A stretch of 64,000 nucleotides of DNA from Azolla caroliniana (lineage: Eukaryota; Plantae; Polypodiophyta): contig JBHGNT010000020.1 in assembly GCA_043228905.1 (NCBI GenBank), positions 558,001 through 622,000 on the forward strand, read 5' to 3'. The notes beneath the pieces are model-generated. The model saw nothing but the letters and a program-made list of their open reading frames with translations. It searched no databases and was not told the DNA's origin. Of this stretch, positions 50,816-64,000 are shown in pieces (position 1 is the first letter of the stretch; every line of letters starts with the position of its first letter). The position numbers were made by a program, and so were the translations under genes.

Positions 50816-53283
50816 CTATTCCTGTAGCTCTTCATCCGAATCGTTCAGAATATCCAAAATCGAAGGCTCTTCTGGCCTTGGATGTATTCCATCTATATCT
50901 TCCTCTTCATCTTCATCTTCATCTGTGTCACAGTCGTCATTCGGAGCAGGTTTTGAATGTTGTGATTCGGTTGGCTGCTCTGGTTCACTTCTTCCAGGAG
51001 CTTGAAGACCAGGAGTCTTGCTGGTTCTTTCGGCTTTGATTTTATCCAACTGGACGGAAGTGCCTATATCATTTTTGTCGAATTCTTGCATAATACGTTG
51101 AATTTCTTCTCTGTAAAATGCCACAATTTCGTCCATATCTTTCATGATATCCTCTTGGATATTGTCAATATCCTTTTGTGCCATTTTAAAAAAACCTGCA
51201 CCTTGGACCTGACGGTTATTTTTGTCGGCACGCAATAACTGTAATTCCGCTGCTTGTGCCATCCATAACTTCCATCCTTGCGCAAGGGATTCATCGATCA
51301 TTTTCTTTGCTAGGTTTCGATGTTTCCCTATGATGTGCTGCACTTTGTCCTTAGTGATGCTTGCGACGAATTGAGCGGCTTGCAACTCTTTCCGTAAATC
51401 CGTAATAGTGGCTCGGTTTTCACTTTCAGCCCGCATTAGTTTGGATTCGACTACATATATGTCCAGCCGCCTTTGTTCCGATATCTTCCGAATTTCGTTC
51501 AGTTGTTGTTCGAATGCCGATTTCTCTTTGCTCCATTCCTCCTGGTGTTCCGTAATTCTTCTGTTGACTTCTTCAAGACTCCGCTCTTTTTCTGTCAATT
51601 GACTTTCCTGTGACACTATATACCTTTCGAATTCCTCAATTTGTTCGGTATATGTATGATTGGTCGTCTTAGCTTCTTCCAGATTTTTCTGTAATTCGTT
51701 TATTAATTGATTTTTTTCTTCGAGAACTTTGTATTGGCCATTCTGAATGGTTTCTATTTGTTTTTCTAATTCTGTAGTTCGAAATACAGCATTGTTGGCC
51801 CTTGTTGTTTCTGCTTGACGTGCTTTCTCAGCGTCCTCCAATTTCTGCTGCCATTCTGACTCCGACGCCATAGGTCGTGCCTGTGTTTCCCATTTGTTTA
51901 GACTTTCTTTTAGTTCTTTATTTTCTGTCTGTATGTTACAAAACTGACGTTTCAGCACCTCCGCCGATGCTGATACACTTTTGTATCTTTCAGCCATATC
52001 ACTGGCTGCTTTGCGTGCCGTTTCATATTCTCTATGAATTTCGACCAGTGCTTCATGTAATGGTGGCATTTCAATAGCCTCCCCTCTATTCTGTGCATTT
52101 CTTTTCCAGCCGATTTTCTCTATCTCTGCTTTTTCTTGAGGTTCCAACACTCCTCGTAAGGCCTTCTGTATCATTATTCAGTCATTATGTTCTTGAGCCA
52201 GCCGTTCTGATACTTCTGTCAATCTTCTAGCCAACCATTCAACCAGTTCGTATGAAGTTCTGAACTGTAAAATGGCAGCTAATTCATGTGATGTTGGTGG
52301 AATATCCAAGCACCCATGTGCTTCCCGAATTGCTACTTTTGAAGATTGTCCTTGTTGAAGTTGTGTCGAAACGCTCTCATTCCCTGGTTTTATTACTTCT
52401 GCTACTACAGGCGTATTCGAATTTTCCTCTGTGCGTTGCCTTTTCGGTGCTGACCCATCACTGTTTTCTAGTTGGAATTGTCGATTAGCCTTTTGTTTAA
52501 CCTTGTCCTTTGTCGCATCTTCTCTGCTTGTTGTCGATTTTCTGTCGGCTGCTGCTTGTTTATCAAATGGTCAACTGTTTCTTGTTTGGCTGCTAGTTGC
52601 CTGTTTTCGGAATTCTCTGGTCTTGGTGGTTCCGACTGAGGCATATCCGTTTGTATATTATCGGCATGTGCCGATTCTTCCTCTATCCATTCTTCATGTG
52701 CTACCTGTCGGTGTCTTCGAGGTGCTTGTACTATCGGTGGTCTTCTTGACTGAACAGGAGTTTCCGATTCTTGAAACGGAAACAATACCGATAGCCAACG
52801 ACCAAAAATTTGCTTCATTGGTTTTCCTGTTTTTACCCCTTGTAGCTGCTCTCTCAGAGCTTCCCCCGACAATAGTGGCCAGTTGAAATCCTCTTTTTCG
52901 TATGCGGCTATGATAAACCCAGCCCTTTTTTTCGGCATACAATAAAAACGGGGACTGACAAATCCCACCTCTAGTAAAAATCTAGCCACTTCATGGAAAA
53001 ACTCATCCCGACCTCCATAAGTCTGATATGCTTTTGCCGAGGGTGAGTATTCCCCGAAATACGATTGGAGTGCTTTTGATGAAGGTTTTTTAACTGCCTC
53101 AAAGCCTCCTCTTGGCATCTGTAATGCATTTCGTATTTTCTTTGTGGTGACCTTGGTGATGTCTAATTGTTGTACCAATTCTTCCGCCTGCGGATGAGGT
53201 TCCGCTTCTGCTACTTTGATGAAACCTTGTAAGTTTCTCTCATGAAGCCATAGTCGCAGTTCTTCAGACACAGGAATCGGCAT
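50816..53283 (-). CDS. Extra ORF region 3' of pol (271-aa and 452-aa pieces, long coiled coil, acidic tail)
   Basis: Same strand as pol and inside the LTRs. FNWPLL motif in the first piece and an E/K/Q-rich heptad region in the second. Probably one gene with a frameshift or stop at ~52175-52470. Confidence 0.7.
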
Positions 53284-53685
53284 GACTTCTGTGTTTGCTT
53301 GTTCTGAATCACTTGTCGATGACGGTTGGAGATCTGCACAGCTTCTGTAGCGATGAAAATCAGAAAAACAGTTTGGGCGAGCTAGGGCACGAAGGCTCAG
53401 AATGTTTCGAGATCTGCACTCGTTTCTGTTGCTTTGGCGACACAGAAGATACAGAAATATGCTTTAAAGATATTAACTTATGCATTATGACTAAAGAATA
53501 GTAATTGCTATTAATGTAGGAATTAATTAGTATTAACTCTAAGTGTAGTGGTTGTACCAGTTACTAATAATCATGCAATTCCTCTTCCTATTTATAGTCG
53601 ATTCAGACTGTTATGGCAAGATTCTATTTCTGCATTGACAAGAACTATTAAGTGAGTTAGTTAGTTTTTTTTTTTTTTTTTTTTT

Positions 53686-56600
53686 TTATTCATCCGTTTG
53701 AATAAACGGGTTTACCGGCATATCTCCCAAATACGGTTTAAGCCGGAATCCATTTACCCATTTCGGTAAAACCTCTCCGGTTAATGATCCCAGCTGATAC
53801 GTACCATTTTTACTATTAATTATCCATACTGGACCTGTCCATCTATACCGGAGTTTCCCAGGCATAAGTCCCATTTTCGTCTGGAATACCAATACCGGTT
53901 TCCCAATTTCGAATTGCTCTTCCGATTTCCTTCGATGTCGATTTACGAATGCCTTGATTTGTCTCTGCTTGTGTTCTAGTGCTGACATTGATTGAATCCG
54001 TTCTTCTTCTAATACTAATAAAGCCTCTTTGCGTATCTGCTCCGATTCTATTTCATTTAACTTATTCGTCGCTTGGATACGAAGTGTCGGAATTTGAAAT
54101 TCGATCGGCATAACAGCTTCAAGTCCGAATGCCATTCGGAAAGGTGTTGATTTAATGGATGTTTTGTACGAAGTACGATATGCCCATAATGCACTATTTA
54201 ACTTTTGATCCCAATCAGTACGATTTTCATTCACTATCTTCTTTAAAATTGTTTGAATTGTTTTATTTGTCGATTCTGCCAATCCATTAGCTTGGGGATA
54301 GTAAGGCGTACTTTTCTTATGAACTACGGCATAATAATTAGTTAATTCGTGAATTAACTTATTAATAAAATGAGTGCCTTGATCGCTTACCAATTCTATT
54401 GGGCAACCGAATTGACACCATATATTTTCATACAGGAATTTTGTTGTGGATGCTGCTGTATTGTCTCTGAGAGCTTTTGCTTCAACCCATTTTGTGCAAT
54501 AGTCAGTCGCAATTATGATATATCGATTACTGGTTCTTGCAGCTGCTGGTTTGAATGGGCCAACAAAATCTAAGCCCCATTTCTGAAATGGCTCAAGAGG
54601 TAAAACCGGTTGAAAAGGCATTCGATCCTTTTCGGTCGGTTGCCCCATTCTTTGACACAAATCGCATTTCTTACAGTATTCGTTAGCATCTTTCATCACC
54701 GTTGGCCACCATAACCCGCTATTCCATATTTTTCTGGTTGTTGCTTCTCCTGCGTAATGACCGCCAGCAATTCCACAATGTGACTTTGTTAATATGGCTA
54801 ATTTTTCAAATTTCCGTACTGCCCTTCGCCATATTCCATCCGCTCCTTTATGATACAACATGTTATTAAATAAACAAAAATTTCGACTTCGTACTGCAAT
54901 TCTTTTTCTTTCATCTGTCGACATGTGTTCGGTCGGAATTCCTGTTGATAGAAATATCGTCATTTCGGAAATCCATTCATCCTCTTTTTCCTCTTTCATT
55001 TCTTGTGCTTTTACTGTCTCAACCCGAAATAATTGAGTATCTGGAAAATCATCTTTAACACCAACCGCTTCTTCTCCAGATTCAAGCCGACTGAGATAGT
55101 CAGCAATCGCGTGTTGTGCTCCTGGTCGATGTATAATGTCGAATTCAAACTCTTGAAGCAATAACGTCCATCTGGCTAACTTGCCTGTCAATTCTTGTTT
55201 GGAAACTAGATACAGTAGAGCCGAATGATCCACATGAAATGTAAATTTCTTACCCAAAAGGTAATGTCGAAATTTGTTCACACTATATATCATTCCCAAA
55301 GCTTCTCTTTCGGTTGTTGAATAGTTTCTTTCGGCCGACGAAAGTTTCCTACTGGCATAGTATACCGGCCTATACCAGTTTGGTTCGGATAATTGCATTA
55401 AAGCACTGCCTATGGCAATGTCCGACGCATCGATGAAAACATGAAATGGTTTGTTCCAGTCCAGTGGTTGGACTACCGGAACCTTTGTCAGCATCTTCTT
55501 GAGACATTCGTATGCATCTTGTTCTATACTTGTCCATATAAAAGGAACTTTGTGTACTGTTGTGTGTAACGGAATAGCAATGTCTGCTAGATATCTCATC
55601 ATTCTACTGTGCCACCGAATTTGACCCAAAAATCTACTTAGAGCTTTAGCATTTGTCGGTGGTGTTGCCTCAATAATTGCTTTAACTTTGTCTGGGTCCA
55701 CTGCAATCCCTTCTTGACTGACAATATGCCCAAGTAACGTACCACTCATTACTCCGAATGCGCATTTGGCTGGATTTAAGCTAAGACGCCCTTTTCGACA
55801 TTTTTCTAAACATAACCGTAAATGCTCAAAATGATCAGCTTTCCGACTATATACCGCAAAATCATCTAAAAACACCTGCATGAAAGCTGGAATATATTCC
55901 CCGAATATTTCCTGTATTACCCGCTGAAATGTAGCTGGAGCTGTTTTTAAACCGAACATCATTACTACTGCCACAAAGACACCCCATTCTGTGACAAAAG
56001 CTGTCTTTTCCTGATCTTCCGGATTCATCCGTACTTGGTTGTACCCACTGAACCCATCCAAGAAACTATAAATTTCATGTCCAGCTACTGCATCTAATAT
56101 CCCATCTGTGAATGGCAACGGAAACGCATCCGTAATTGTCGCTGCATTCAATTTTCTGTAATCCACACATACGCGAATTTTCCCATTCTTTTTCGGGACT
56201 ACTACTATCGGACTCAGCCATGATTTTTTGACGGGTCAAATAAATCCTACTTTTAAGAGTTTATCGATTTCTTCTTTTACTTTGATAGCATAATTCGGAT
56301 TCAACCTGTACCTGCGTTGTTGTACTGGCTTTGCATCTTTATGCAAATTGATTTGATGTTGACAAAAAGCGGGATCCAGACCTTTCATATCGTCAAACGA
56401 CCATGCAAAAACATCTTTATATTGTAATAGTAATGTTGTTAATGTCCGTTTGTCATTTTCCGCCAAATCTCTAGCAATCAAGACTGTTTTTCTTTCACCA
56501 TCCTCTACTCCTGCCAAATCGATCTCCTCTAATGCTGAGGCTTGCACTCTCTGAGATACCTTCATTTCCTTATCTGTAGCTTCTTGTTGCATTCGTATTT

Positions 56601-59193
56601 CTTTCATTGTTTGCTCATCTATTGGCACTTCTTCATGTGAGTCTACATATGGTGTTAATGCTTGCAAAATATCTACCTCAAATAGAGGGATGATTTTCTG
56701 ATTATCATTAAAATACTGACTTTCTTCTTCCTCGTCCAATCCTTCCATCATATTAACTGCTTCTGCATGTACAGGTAAACTCTGTTTGCTTGTTGTCACT
56801 TTGTTGTGCGTCGGAATCCTGACCTTAGTTTTTCCTTTCCTAAATGTTAGCACATTTTGTTTCCAATTTTGTTTGATATTAGCTGTCTTTAACCATGGTC
56901 TCCCCAATAACAAGGGGTATGCTCACTGTGTTTCTAACTGCAAAATTACTGCCGAAATCTTAAAACTGTGTCCCCCGATTATTACATCCAGTTGTCGAAG
57001 CAAACCAATCGGTCGTACCGTACTTGTATCTGCCATTCGTAACCAAAACGGACATGCTTCCCATTCCGTGATTCCTAGTTTTTCACATGTAGCTTTGTTA
57101 ATCACATTAACTCCCGAGCCTCCATCTATAATCACATTTCCGATTTCTTGCCCGTAAAGTATTACCTTAATCGACGGATTCTGTTCATCCATGATCAAAG
57201 GGTTATTACTTGGCTGATTGTAGTGTACTGCTATTTGTTCGGAACCTTTATATGCAATTAATGCTGCCACTTTTTCTGTAAACCTTGGTACTAACTTAAG
57301 TAAGCCCATAAGTGGCAATGACACTTGGCAATCAGCCAACAGTTTCCAAGTTTCTTCCTGTTCCTTATTCCCCAATGACTATTGTACAGCGATGTTCTGG
57401 TCAATGTTATTGTCTTGTAACATTCGATTCACATTACTTTGATTTGCTTCGTCAACCCATTCTTTTGCCGCCTTCCGAACTTCTTCCTAAATTTCCCACT
57501 CTGATTGTTTGCTTTTGCTGCGTGTCGTTACTTGCTGAACTTCCGGTATTACCATATTAACTGCTGGACCCTTTCCTTTAACCGGACATTGATTAGCATA
57601 ATGGCCTAGTTGTCGACAAATATAACAAGTGGGTACAAATGTTCCACCGGTCTCTCCATGTGCAAATTGGCCGTTATTAAATTGCTGCTCTTCATTACCA
57701 CTCGGGTTTTGTTGGAATTGACGTGTAGCTTTTGGTTTGTAAAATTTCTTATTTTTATACCGATTCTGCCTAAATTGTTCGGTATTATCATTTGGTTGTG
57801 CTACATTTTGTGTTATCCCGAACTCCTGATTTGGCGGAAAATTATTCTGTTGAAACATTTGATTATTTTGTGGAACGGTTTGAGTATTATGTTGAAAGGT
57901 CATATTACCCGGTTGAAATGCCGGATTCGGTTGAAATGCAGAATTCGGTTGCACATTCGGACAGTTCTGTTGAAACCCTTGAAATGGTGGGTTACCTTGT
58001 TGGAAACTTTGATTATTTTGTTGAAAATATTGATTCGGATTCTATACGAATGGTGGGTTGGATTGAGCAAAACCTGGTTGAAATGCTTGAGTCACTTGAG
58101 TGGGTTGCATATTTTGTTGTGAAAAGATCTTATTTGGCTGTAGAACCGTATTTTGTTGAAAAGTTGGATTTTGTTGTACATTTTGCTGATTTTGTGAAAA
58201 ATTATTATTTTGATAACCATTGAACAGATTAGTGTTATTTTGGTAACCATTGTCAGTAAAAATTTGTCGTACTGATGCCGTAGTTTTATTAAGCAGATTA
58301 TATTCACATTGTTCTACTGAATGTAATTTTGAATGACATATTGTACAATGTGTTCTTAACGTACATTCAATTGCCGAATGCCCCGTATTTAAACAAGTGG
58401 TGCATTGAACTGCTTGACGAAATTGTAACTCCTCTATTGTTGGTAATGTACGTTGTAATGCCGACATGTCCATACTCTGAACATTGACCGGTGGTCGACC
58501 CATTTCTATTGCTTTATCAATTACTTGTTCGATAGTCTGATTTCGAAAATCGAACACTTTCAATGTCGTCCTTAATGGTTCTTTTACAGCTTCTAGAAAG
58601 ACTTCTTTTAATTCATTATCCGGAATCGGCCTTGAAATCTGAAGCTGTAAGTTCTGAAATCGTATCACAAACTGAGATACTGTTTCATTTTTTTCTTGAT
58701 ATAACGCATAAAATTGCGCAATCAAATCCTTCTGCGGAATTTGTTGATGAAATAATTGTAAAAATTTACTATTTAACACTTCAAAGGATGGAAATCCTTG
58801 AAGACCGTTCTACGCAAACCAATTGGCGGAATATCCGTCTAATGATAAGACGAACTCAGCGATTTTTGACTTATCTTTGGCATCTGCCGACAATCACTGA
58901 GCTCCATGGTTAATCTCCCATGTCGTTAAGAAATCCCTAACATGTGCTTCCGCATCTGTTCCTTCCCGGAACTTAGAATAAGTATAAGGCATATCGTCCC
59001 AAATGTCGTAAAACGATACCTCTTCCGTTTGTTTTTCGTCTGAAGGTAATTGATCGGATAAGTCAGGAAGTTTCGACCACTTTGTGCTTGATTCCGGCTG
59101 TTCTTGCGCAATGAACGCTTCCTGCACTGCCTTCGTAACTGACCTTGTACGAGGGCGCTTACAACCGACCGGTGTCTCCTCTTCATACGACAT
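53686..59193 (-). pseudogene. gag-pol of element F (gag/PR region broken, RT-RH-INT open for 826 aa)
   Basis: Retrotrans_gag-like LYQEKNETVSQFVIRF, CYICRQLGHYANQC, IIDGGSGVNVI, LDGFSGYNQV, FLDDF, IDASDIAIG, WGLDFVGP, SDQGTHF and YPQANGLAE. Confidence 0.93.
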
Positions 59194-59957
59194 CCATTCG
59201 ATTTGTTCTCTGCTTAATTGCAGATGTAACCGAGCGTGCCAAATTTCTTCTGTGTTAATCGGCTAATTACTAACTACTACCGATACAGAAGAGTGAACGT
59301 CGCTACTCAACGTTCTAACAAGGAATTGTGTTTTACGAACGGAAATATACTATATTAATCGGTAATTACCGTGATCGTTACTTAGTTATAAATTAGGAAG
59401 ATTGCACTTAACAACATAGACAATAGAAAGAACACAGAATCCGTACATGATATTCCTAACTTAAACTTATATTACTAAATAAACGACCTTTCTTACAATG
59501 CCTTCGGTTCCCTTTTATAGGTATACCGAAGGTCTTTTCTCATCAAGAACTATTCCTACTTACTATCAAGAATTACAAAATTATCTAACTAACTTAGTTC
59601 TCTTCGTTCACTGCTGAGTCATTGATCCAAACAGTCGATCCGAACCGACTCCGTTTTCGACGCTTTCCCACTTGTTCGGTAAAACTGACTGTCTGGGTCC
59701 GGGTAACATTTATTCATATTTGAAATCTATTTTCATTGAATGTGACTTTTAATTTTAAAAAAAGTGATCAACATTTTAAACCCAAATATTGGATTTATTT
59801 TTACATTTTAAAGTTTTTCCTCCACATGGAATTAGTACTAAAGTTTTGGCCAAAAGTTGGTACATCGTAGTGTGCTTTCACCCAACAGGAAATTTTCCGG
59901 TAGGGACTAGAAACTTTGACCAACACTAGTCACCACTACTTTCTACACATTAACTAT

Positions 59958-60356
59958 ATGTCATAGAATCATATTCTATGACACATAAATAATGATTCCA
60001 TATTCCCCATATCTAATGAGTTTCCATATTCCCCACGGTTCTAGAGAGAGAGTGGGCATTTTAGTGAGAGAATGTAGAGAGAGGGTGACCTCCTTTGTAA
60101 TATTCATATGGTTGTAGTTGTTCTCCACTTCCTAATACTTACACCTTCTTGAGTATTTCTATTTTCCTATCTATCTTGCGTCCAATCTTCTCTTCTATCT
60201 CACATACACACACAAACACACATCTACAGTCTATTCCATAGCATAGAATCACACTCGATTCTTTACATGGTATCAGAGCGACTTGGTATCTCGATCTAAC
60301 CCATCCTCATGTGTTGTGTCTATGCCGACGATTCAAGGAAATCCGACTCATTTCTA
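59958..60356 (+). mobile_element. LTR and PBS remnant (copia or TRIM type)
   Basis: ..tttaca at 60267 is followed directly by TGGTATCAGAGC (60268-60279). The left boundary is uncertain. Confidence 0.6.
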
Positions 60357-61920
60357 TGTTGGCATAAAAGGCCAACTCCTTCCACTTTGTATCCTTAGTG
60401 TGAACACGTCCTCTAGCTAGGGCTTGAGTATATAAGCTCAAACCTAACATTGTAAAGATGAACTCGGAGTGTAAGAGTTACAAAGAGAGAGAATAAGAAC
60501 TTCCATTGAAGCTCTGAAAGTGTGTCCATCTTTTGTTGAATCTCTTCTTGTTACATATCTGTGTTGTTTGTTGTACATCTTCTTGAAGGTCCTCATACAC
60601 ATTCTTCCGCATATCTATTATTATAATTTCAGCAAGTGGTATCAGTGCGACCTCATTGTCCAACGGCAACAAAAAGCAAAAAAGATTGAGAAGAGAAGCT
60701 ATCCAGCTAAAAGAAAAGACAAGGTCAACAATATCTACTTCTAGTAAAGGAATGGCGACATAGTCTCGCGGAGTGTGTAAATCTAGAAGTTCGATGGGAA
60801 GAACTTCGCCCTTTGGAAGTAAATGATGCAGGATGTACTCATTATCCAATGACAAGTTGAAGTTATTCGGCACACTACCAAGCCAACTTCAATGTCTGAA
60901 GAAGAATGGCGATCTATGGAAGAAATAGACAGATCAACCATTCAAATGCATCTGGCCGAGAATGTCTATTTCAGCATGGCCAAGGAGACAACAACATTCT
61001 CTTTGTCGGAGAAGTTACAAGCTATTCAACATGAAGATCAGAGAGACGAATCTAGCAACCTCCCACATTAACACCTTCAACTGGGTGTTATTTGAACTCT
61101 CCTCTGAAGGGATTAAATTCGAAGAAGAAGTTTTAGCTCTTGCCCTCCTTTCAAGCTTGTCGGTGAGTTGGGAGGTATTCTACATGACCTTTGTCAATAG
61201 TTGTCCGAATCTAAATATAGATGAGACAATTGAACAAGTCCTCACCAAGGGCTTTCGACGAAAATCGATTGGACTTACCATCGATGAGTTGGCAAAAGCC
61301 CACCACTCGATCAAGTCGATCGAGAGAACAATTCGAGAGAACTGGTCGAAACTCTAGTCGACCAAGAAAGAGGAGAGATCGACAGTGGCCGAAGTCGAGG
61401 AATAGTTGATCAAGTGATTTCTGCACTCATTGCAGAAAAACTAGTCACAATATTTCCGATTGTTGGTCGATCAAGAGGAAGGAGAGCAGTCAACGATTCA
61501 TTCTCTCTCTAGAGGACTCGATGATCATAGGAGAAGTCCTATACAGTGTGCAAGACACACGAACGTGGCTATTGGACTCCGGTGCCACATTTCACGTGAC
61601 CCCGAATATTGAATGGTTTTTGAACTATTCAGTCAGCGCCACCGGCACAATTCGGCTAGGCAACGGGCAGGAGTGTGTAATCACAAGGATCGGAGAGGTT
61701 CCCATCCAATCACCAAATGACAATGCCATCACCTTGCACCAAGTACGGTACGTATCTACGCTAAAAACGAGTTTGGTCTCCATCAACATGTTAGCCCGAA
61801 GATGGGTACAGAACGACTCTTAGTGAGTCATCATGGATGACCAACCGAGGAAAATCTGAAAATCAAGAATGGATACAAGTACAATAACCTGTATCCATTG
61901 ATGGCAATTAGACTTCCAGA

Positions 61921-62364
61921 TGTCGAGAGAGAGAGAGAGAGAGAGAGATAATTGAAAGAGAATTACTATATTGAAGAGTAAAATGGATTACAAAGAGTAG
62001 GCTACAAAATGGCGTTGAACCAATTTAGGTTTGGGATGAGTGGTAGATCCCTATTTATAAGTAATAGAGAACGCTCTAGAATATTCTAGGTTATCCTAGA
62101 ATGTAGAGTAATTTAGAAGATCTCTAGAGTATTCTAGAAGGTTCTAGTGGTATAGAACACTCCAGAATATTCTAGGTCATTCTAGAATGTAGAGTAATAT
62201 AGAATATTCCTATGATATTAGATTTCATATTCTAAAAACTATACATATAAGAATACTAATACAATGGTTAAGGATTTGACATGTGTACAACAAGGTCATG
62301 GGTTCAAATCCTTTCGAGTCATAATGTGATCCTTTCGATACATGATGTGAGTGTTATCATGACA
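61921..62364 (-). mobile_element. Solo LTR, Tcn1-like family
   Basis: TGTC...GACA termini, TSD CCAGA, the GGCGTTGAACCAATTT motif shared with the E-family LTRs, and TTCTAGAA-rich repeats. Confidence 0.88.
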
Positions 62365-62621
62365 CCAGAAGGGGCCATGAACATAACCGAATCATGGGAC
62401 TGAAACCTATGGCATGGCCAACTAGGCTATATGTCGCAATCTGGACTAGACTGGTTGATGGAGATTGGCTACATCCCGAAGCTCCAGATAAAGACGAACT
62501 TATGCGAGCATTGTCATTATGGGAAACAGACCCAAAGCCAGCACTCTCTCAATACAAAATGGTACATCAGCCCCTAGAACTCATCCACACAGATATATGT
62601 GGACCGATGCCTGAAAGGTCA

Positions 62622-62800
62622 CTAGGAGGTTCCCGATACTTCATCACATTTGTAGATGATTGTACACAGAAGTTCTAGGCCTACTCGATTAGGTCGAAAG
62701 ACGAAGCTCGAGCTAGGAGGTTCCCGATACTTCATCACATTTGTAGATGATTGTACACAGAAGTTCTAGGCCTACTCAATTAGGTCGAAAGACGAAGCGC
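62622..62800 (+). repeat. 91-bp tandem duplication in the copia G integrase
   Basis: ctaggaggttcccgatac.. at 62622 and 62713. Confidence 0.9.
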
Positions 62801-64000
62801 TCGAGCTCTTCACTTGGTGGATAGCTGAAGTGGAGAATCGATCGGGATATTGAGTGAAGACACTCCGATCTGATAAAGGAGGTGAATACACCTTGTGAGC
62901 CGTCAAACAATAGTTGTCTGACAAAGGGATCTGCCACCAAAAGACCGTTCCCTACACACCCATGCAAAATGGAGTGGCGAAATGGATCAACCAGACGATC
63001 CAGGAGAGGGTGACGGTAATGCTTCAACACTCCAAACTAAAGTTGGAATTATGGGCCGACACTCCAGACGATCCAGGAGAGGTTCACTAGTCGAAATTGA
63101 TTCGACTAGAAGATTGACAAGAGCCAAAAAGGACAAAGTTGAACCGACCAAGGCATCAACCACTATGTCAATTGCTCCCAAAGAAGGGGAGAATGACTCG
63201 ACATCACTGAAATCCTATATCAGGGGTGAGTCATCCAGAAGGACTCCTGAGGACGGTTCAACTAATGTCGATCAGCCAATAGAGCCAATCGAAGGATATG
63301 AAGCAATCAACTTGGCACCCAGGAGATCCAAACGAGTCAGAAGGCCGACAGAGTTCTATCAACCAGGCCTCAACTACGTCAATTACACAAATGCAAGCGA
63401 ACCAAGCTCCTACAAGGAAGCAATCACCGCATCTCATGCCGAGACATGGCTACAAGCCATGAAATCTAAGATGGACTCGAATCATCAAAATCAAACATGG
63501 GAGCTAGTTGAACTACCAGCTCGAAGGAAGTCGTTGCCTTGCAATGGGTCTTCAGATACAAATATTTATCTGACTCAGAGAAGCCCAAATACAAAGCTCA
63601 GCTAGTAGCGAAAGGATTCAATCAAGAACATGGGGTCGAGTACGACGAGATATTCTCGCCAGTAGTCAAGATGACCACCCTTCGGCTCCTCCTTGGAGTC
63701 GTGGCGACAAAAGACGTAGAGCTTGAGTAGTTTGACATCAAGATGGCATTCCTACACGGAGACCTGGAAGAAGCCATCTACATGTCTCAAACGGTAGGCT
63801 TCACGGTGACGAGGGAGGAAAGTCACTACGTATGTTGACTAAAGGAAAGCCTTTACGACTTAAAACAAGCACTGAGGATGTGGTACCATAAGTTTGACTC
63901 CTACATCAGGCAGCTTGGTTACCGCCAGTCTGAGTCCGACCCATGTAAGTTCTAGATCTATCTGATCTTATACTTCGACGGCATGTTGATTTCATGGAGT

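Larger units (their letters stand above)
50316..59708 (-). mobile_element. Young Ty3/gypsy non-chromovirus F with an extra 3' ORF
   Basis: 456-bp LTRs at 50316-50771 and 59253-59708 (about 4 differences by eye), TSD TTTAT, PBS-like TGGCACGCTCGG at 59230-59241. Confidence 0.95.
39939..59883 (+). mobile_element. Sola2-like DNA transposon (~10.5 kb without the nested gypsy F)
   Basis: TIR GGGTCGAAGCATGCTACGGTGTACCAA (39939-39965) matches the reverse complement of 59857-59883, GGGTGAAAGCACACTACGATGTACCAA, at 22/27. 4-bp TSD AACA on both sides, GRG..CYC termini, and a Sola2-type transposase inside. Confidence 0.85.
60357..64000 (+). mobile_element. Ty1/copia G (same family as A), decayed, runs past the window end
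   Basis: LTR 60357-60634, PBS TGGTATCAGTGC at 60637-60648, gag from ~60752, WLLDSGATFH, HTDICGPMP, and RT KAQLVAKGF..FSPVVKMTT..AFLHGDL. Confidence 0.9.

Overview
This is AT-rich eukaryotic (plant) DNA made almost entirely of transposable elements. The mix of a Tcn1-like chromovirus, Sola-like DNA transposons and PLS-type PPR remnants suggests a seed-free plant such as a fern, but that is inference. Block 1 (about 1-31 kb): a degenerate Sola1-like (DUF7869-type) DDD transposase is split by a Ty1/copia element (3586-28214, TSD AACTT). That copia hosts a second copia, a tRNA-Trp-primed gag-only element with a ~1.1-kb hairpin LTR, a full Ty3/gypsy with a 4-bp TSD, a self-primed Tcn1-like chromovirus, a solo LTR and an unexplained 250-bp insert. 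A divergent ParB-like pseudogene lies beyond a palindrome array. Block 2 (about 31-40 kb): PPR pseudogene fragments, one apparently intact RMA/RNF5-type RING E3 ligase gene and LTR debris. Block 3 (39939-59883): a ~20-kb Sola2-like DNA transposon (27-bp imperfect TIRs, TSD AACA) with an intron-containing transposase, a convergent second gene and a young nested gypsy. That gypsy has an extra 3' ORF and a tRNA-3'-end-like sequence where the PPT should be. Block 4: a copia running off the window end. The most unusual signals are tRNA-derived A/B-box modules at the U3 edge of five chromovirus-type LTRs, the apparent double primer-binding site, the Sola-like transposase/ParB-like gene pair and the two-gene Sola2 element. 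All family assignments come from motif recognition by eye; no searches were run.
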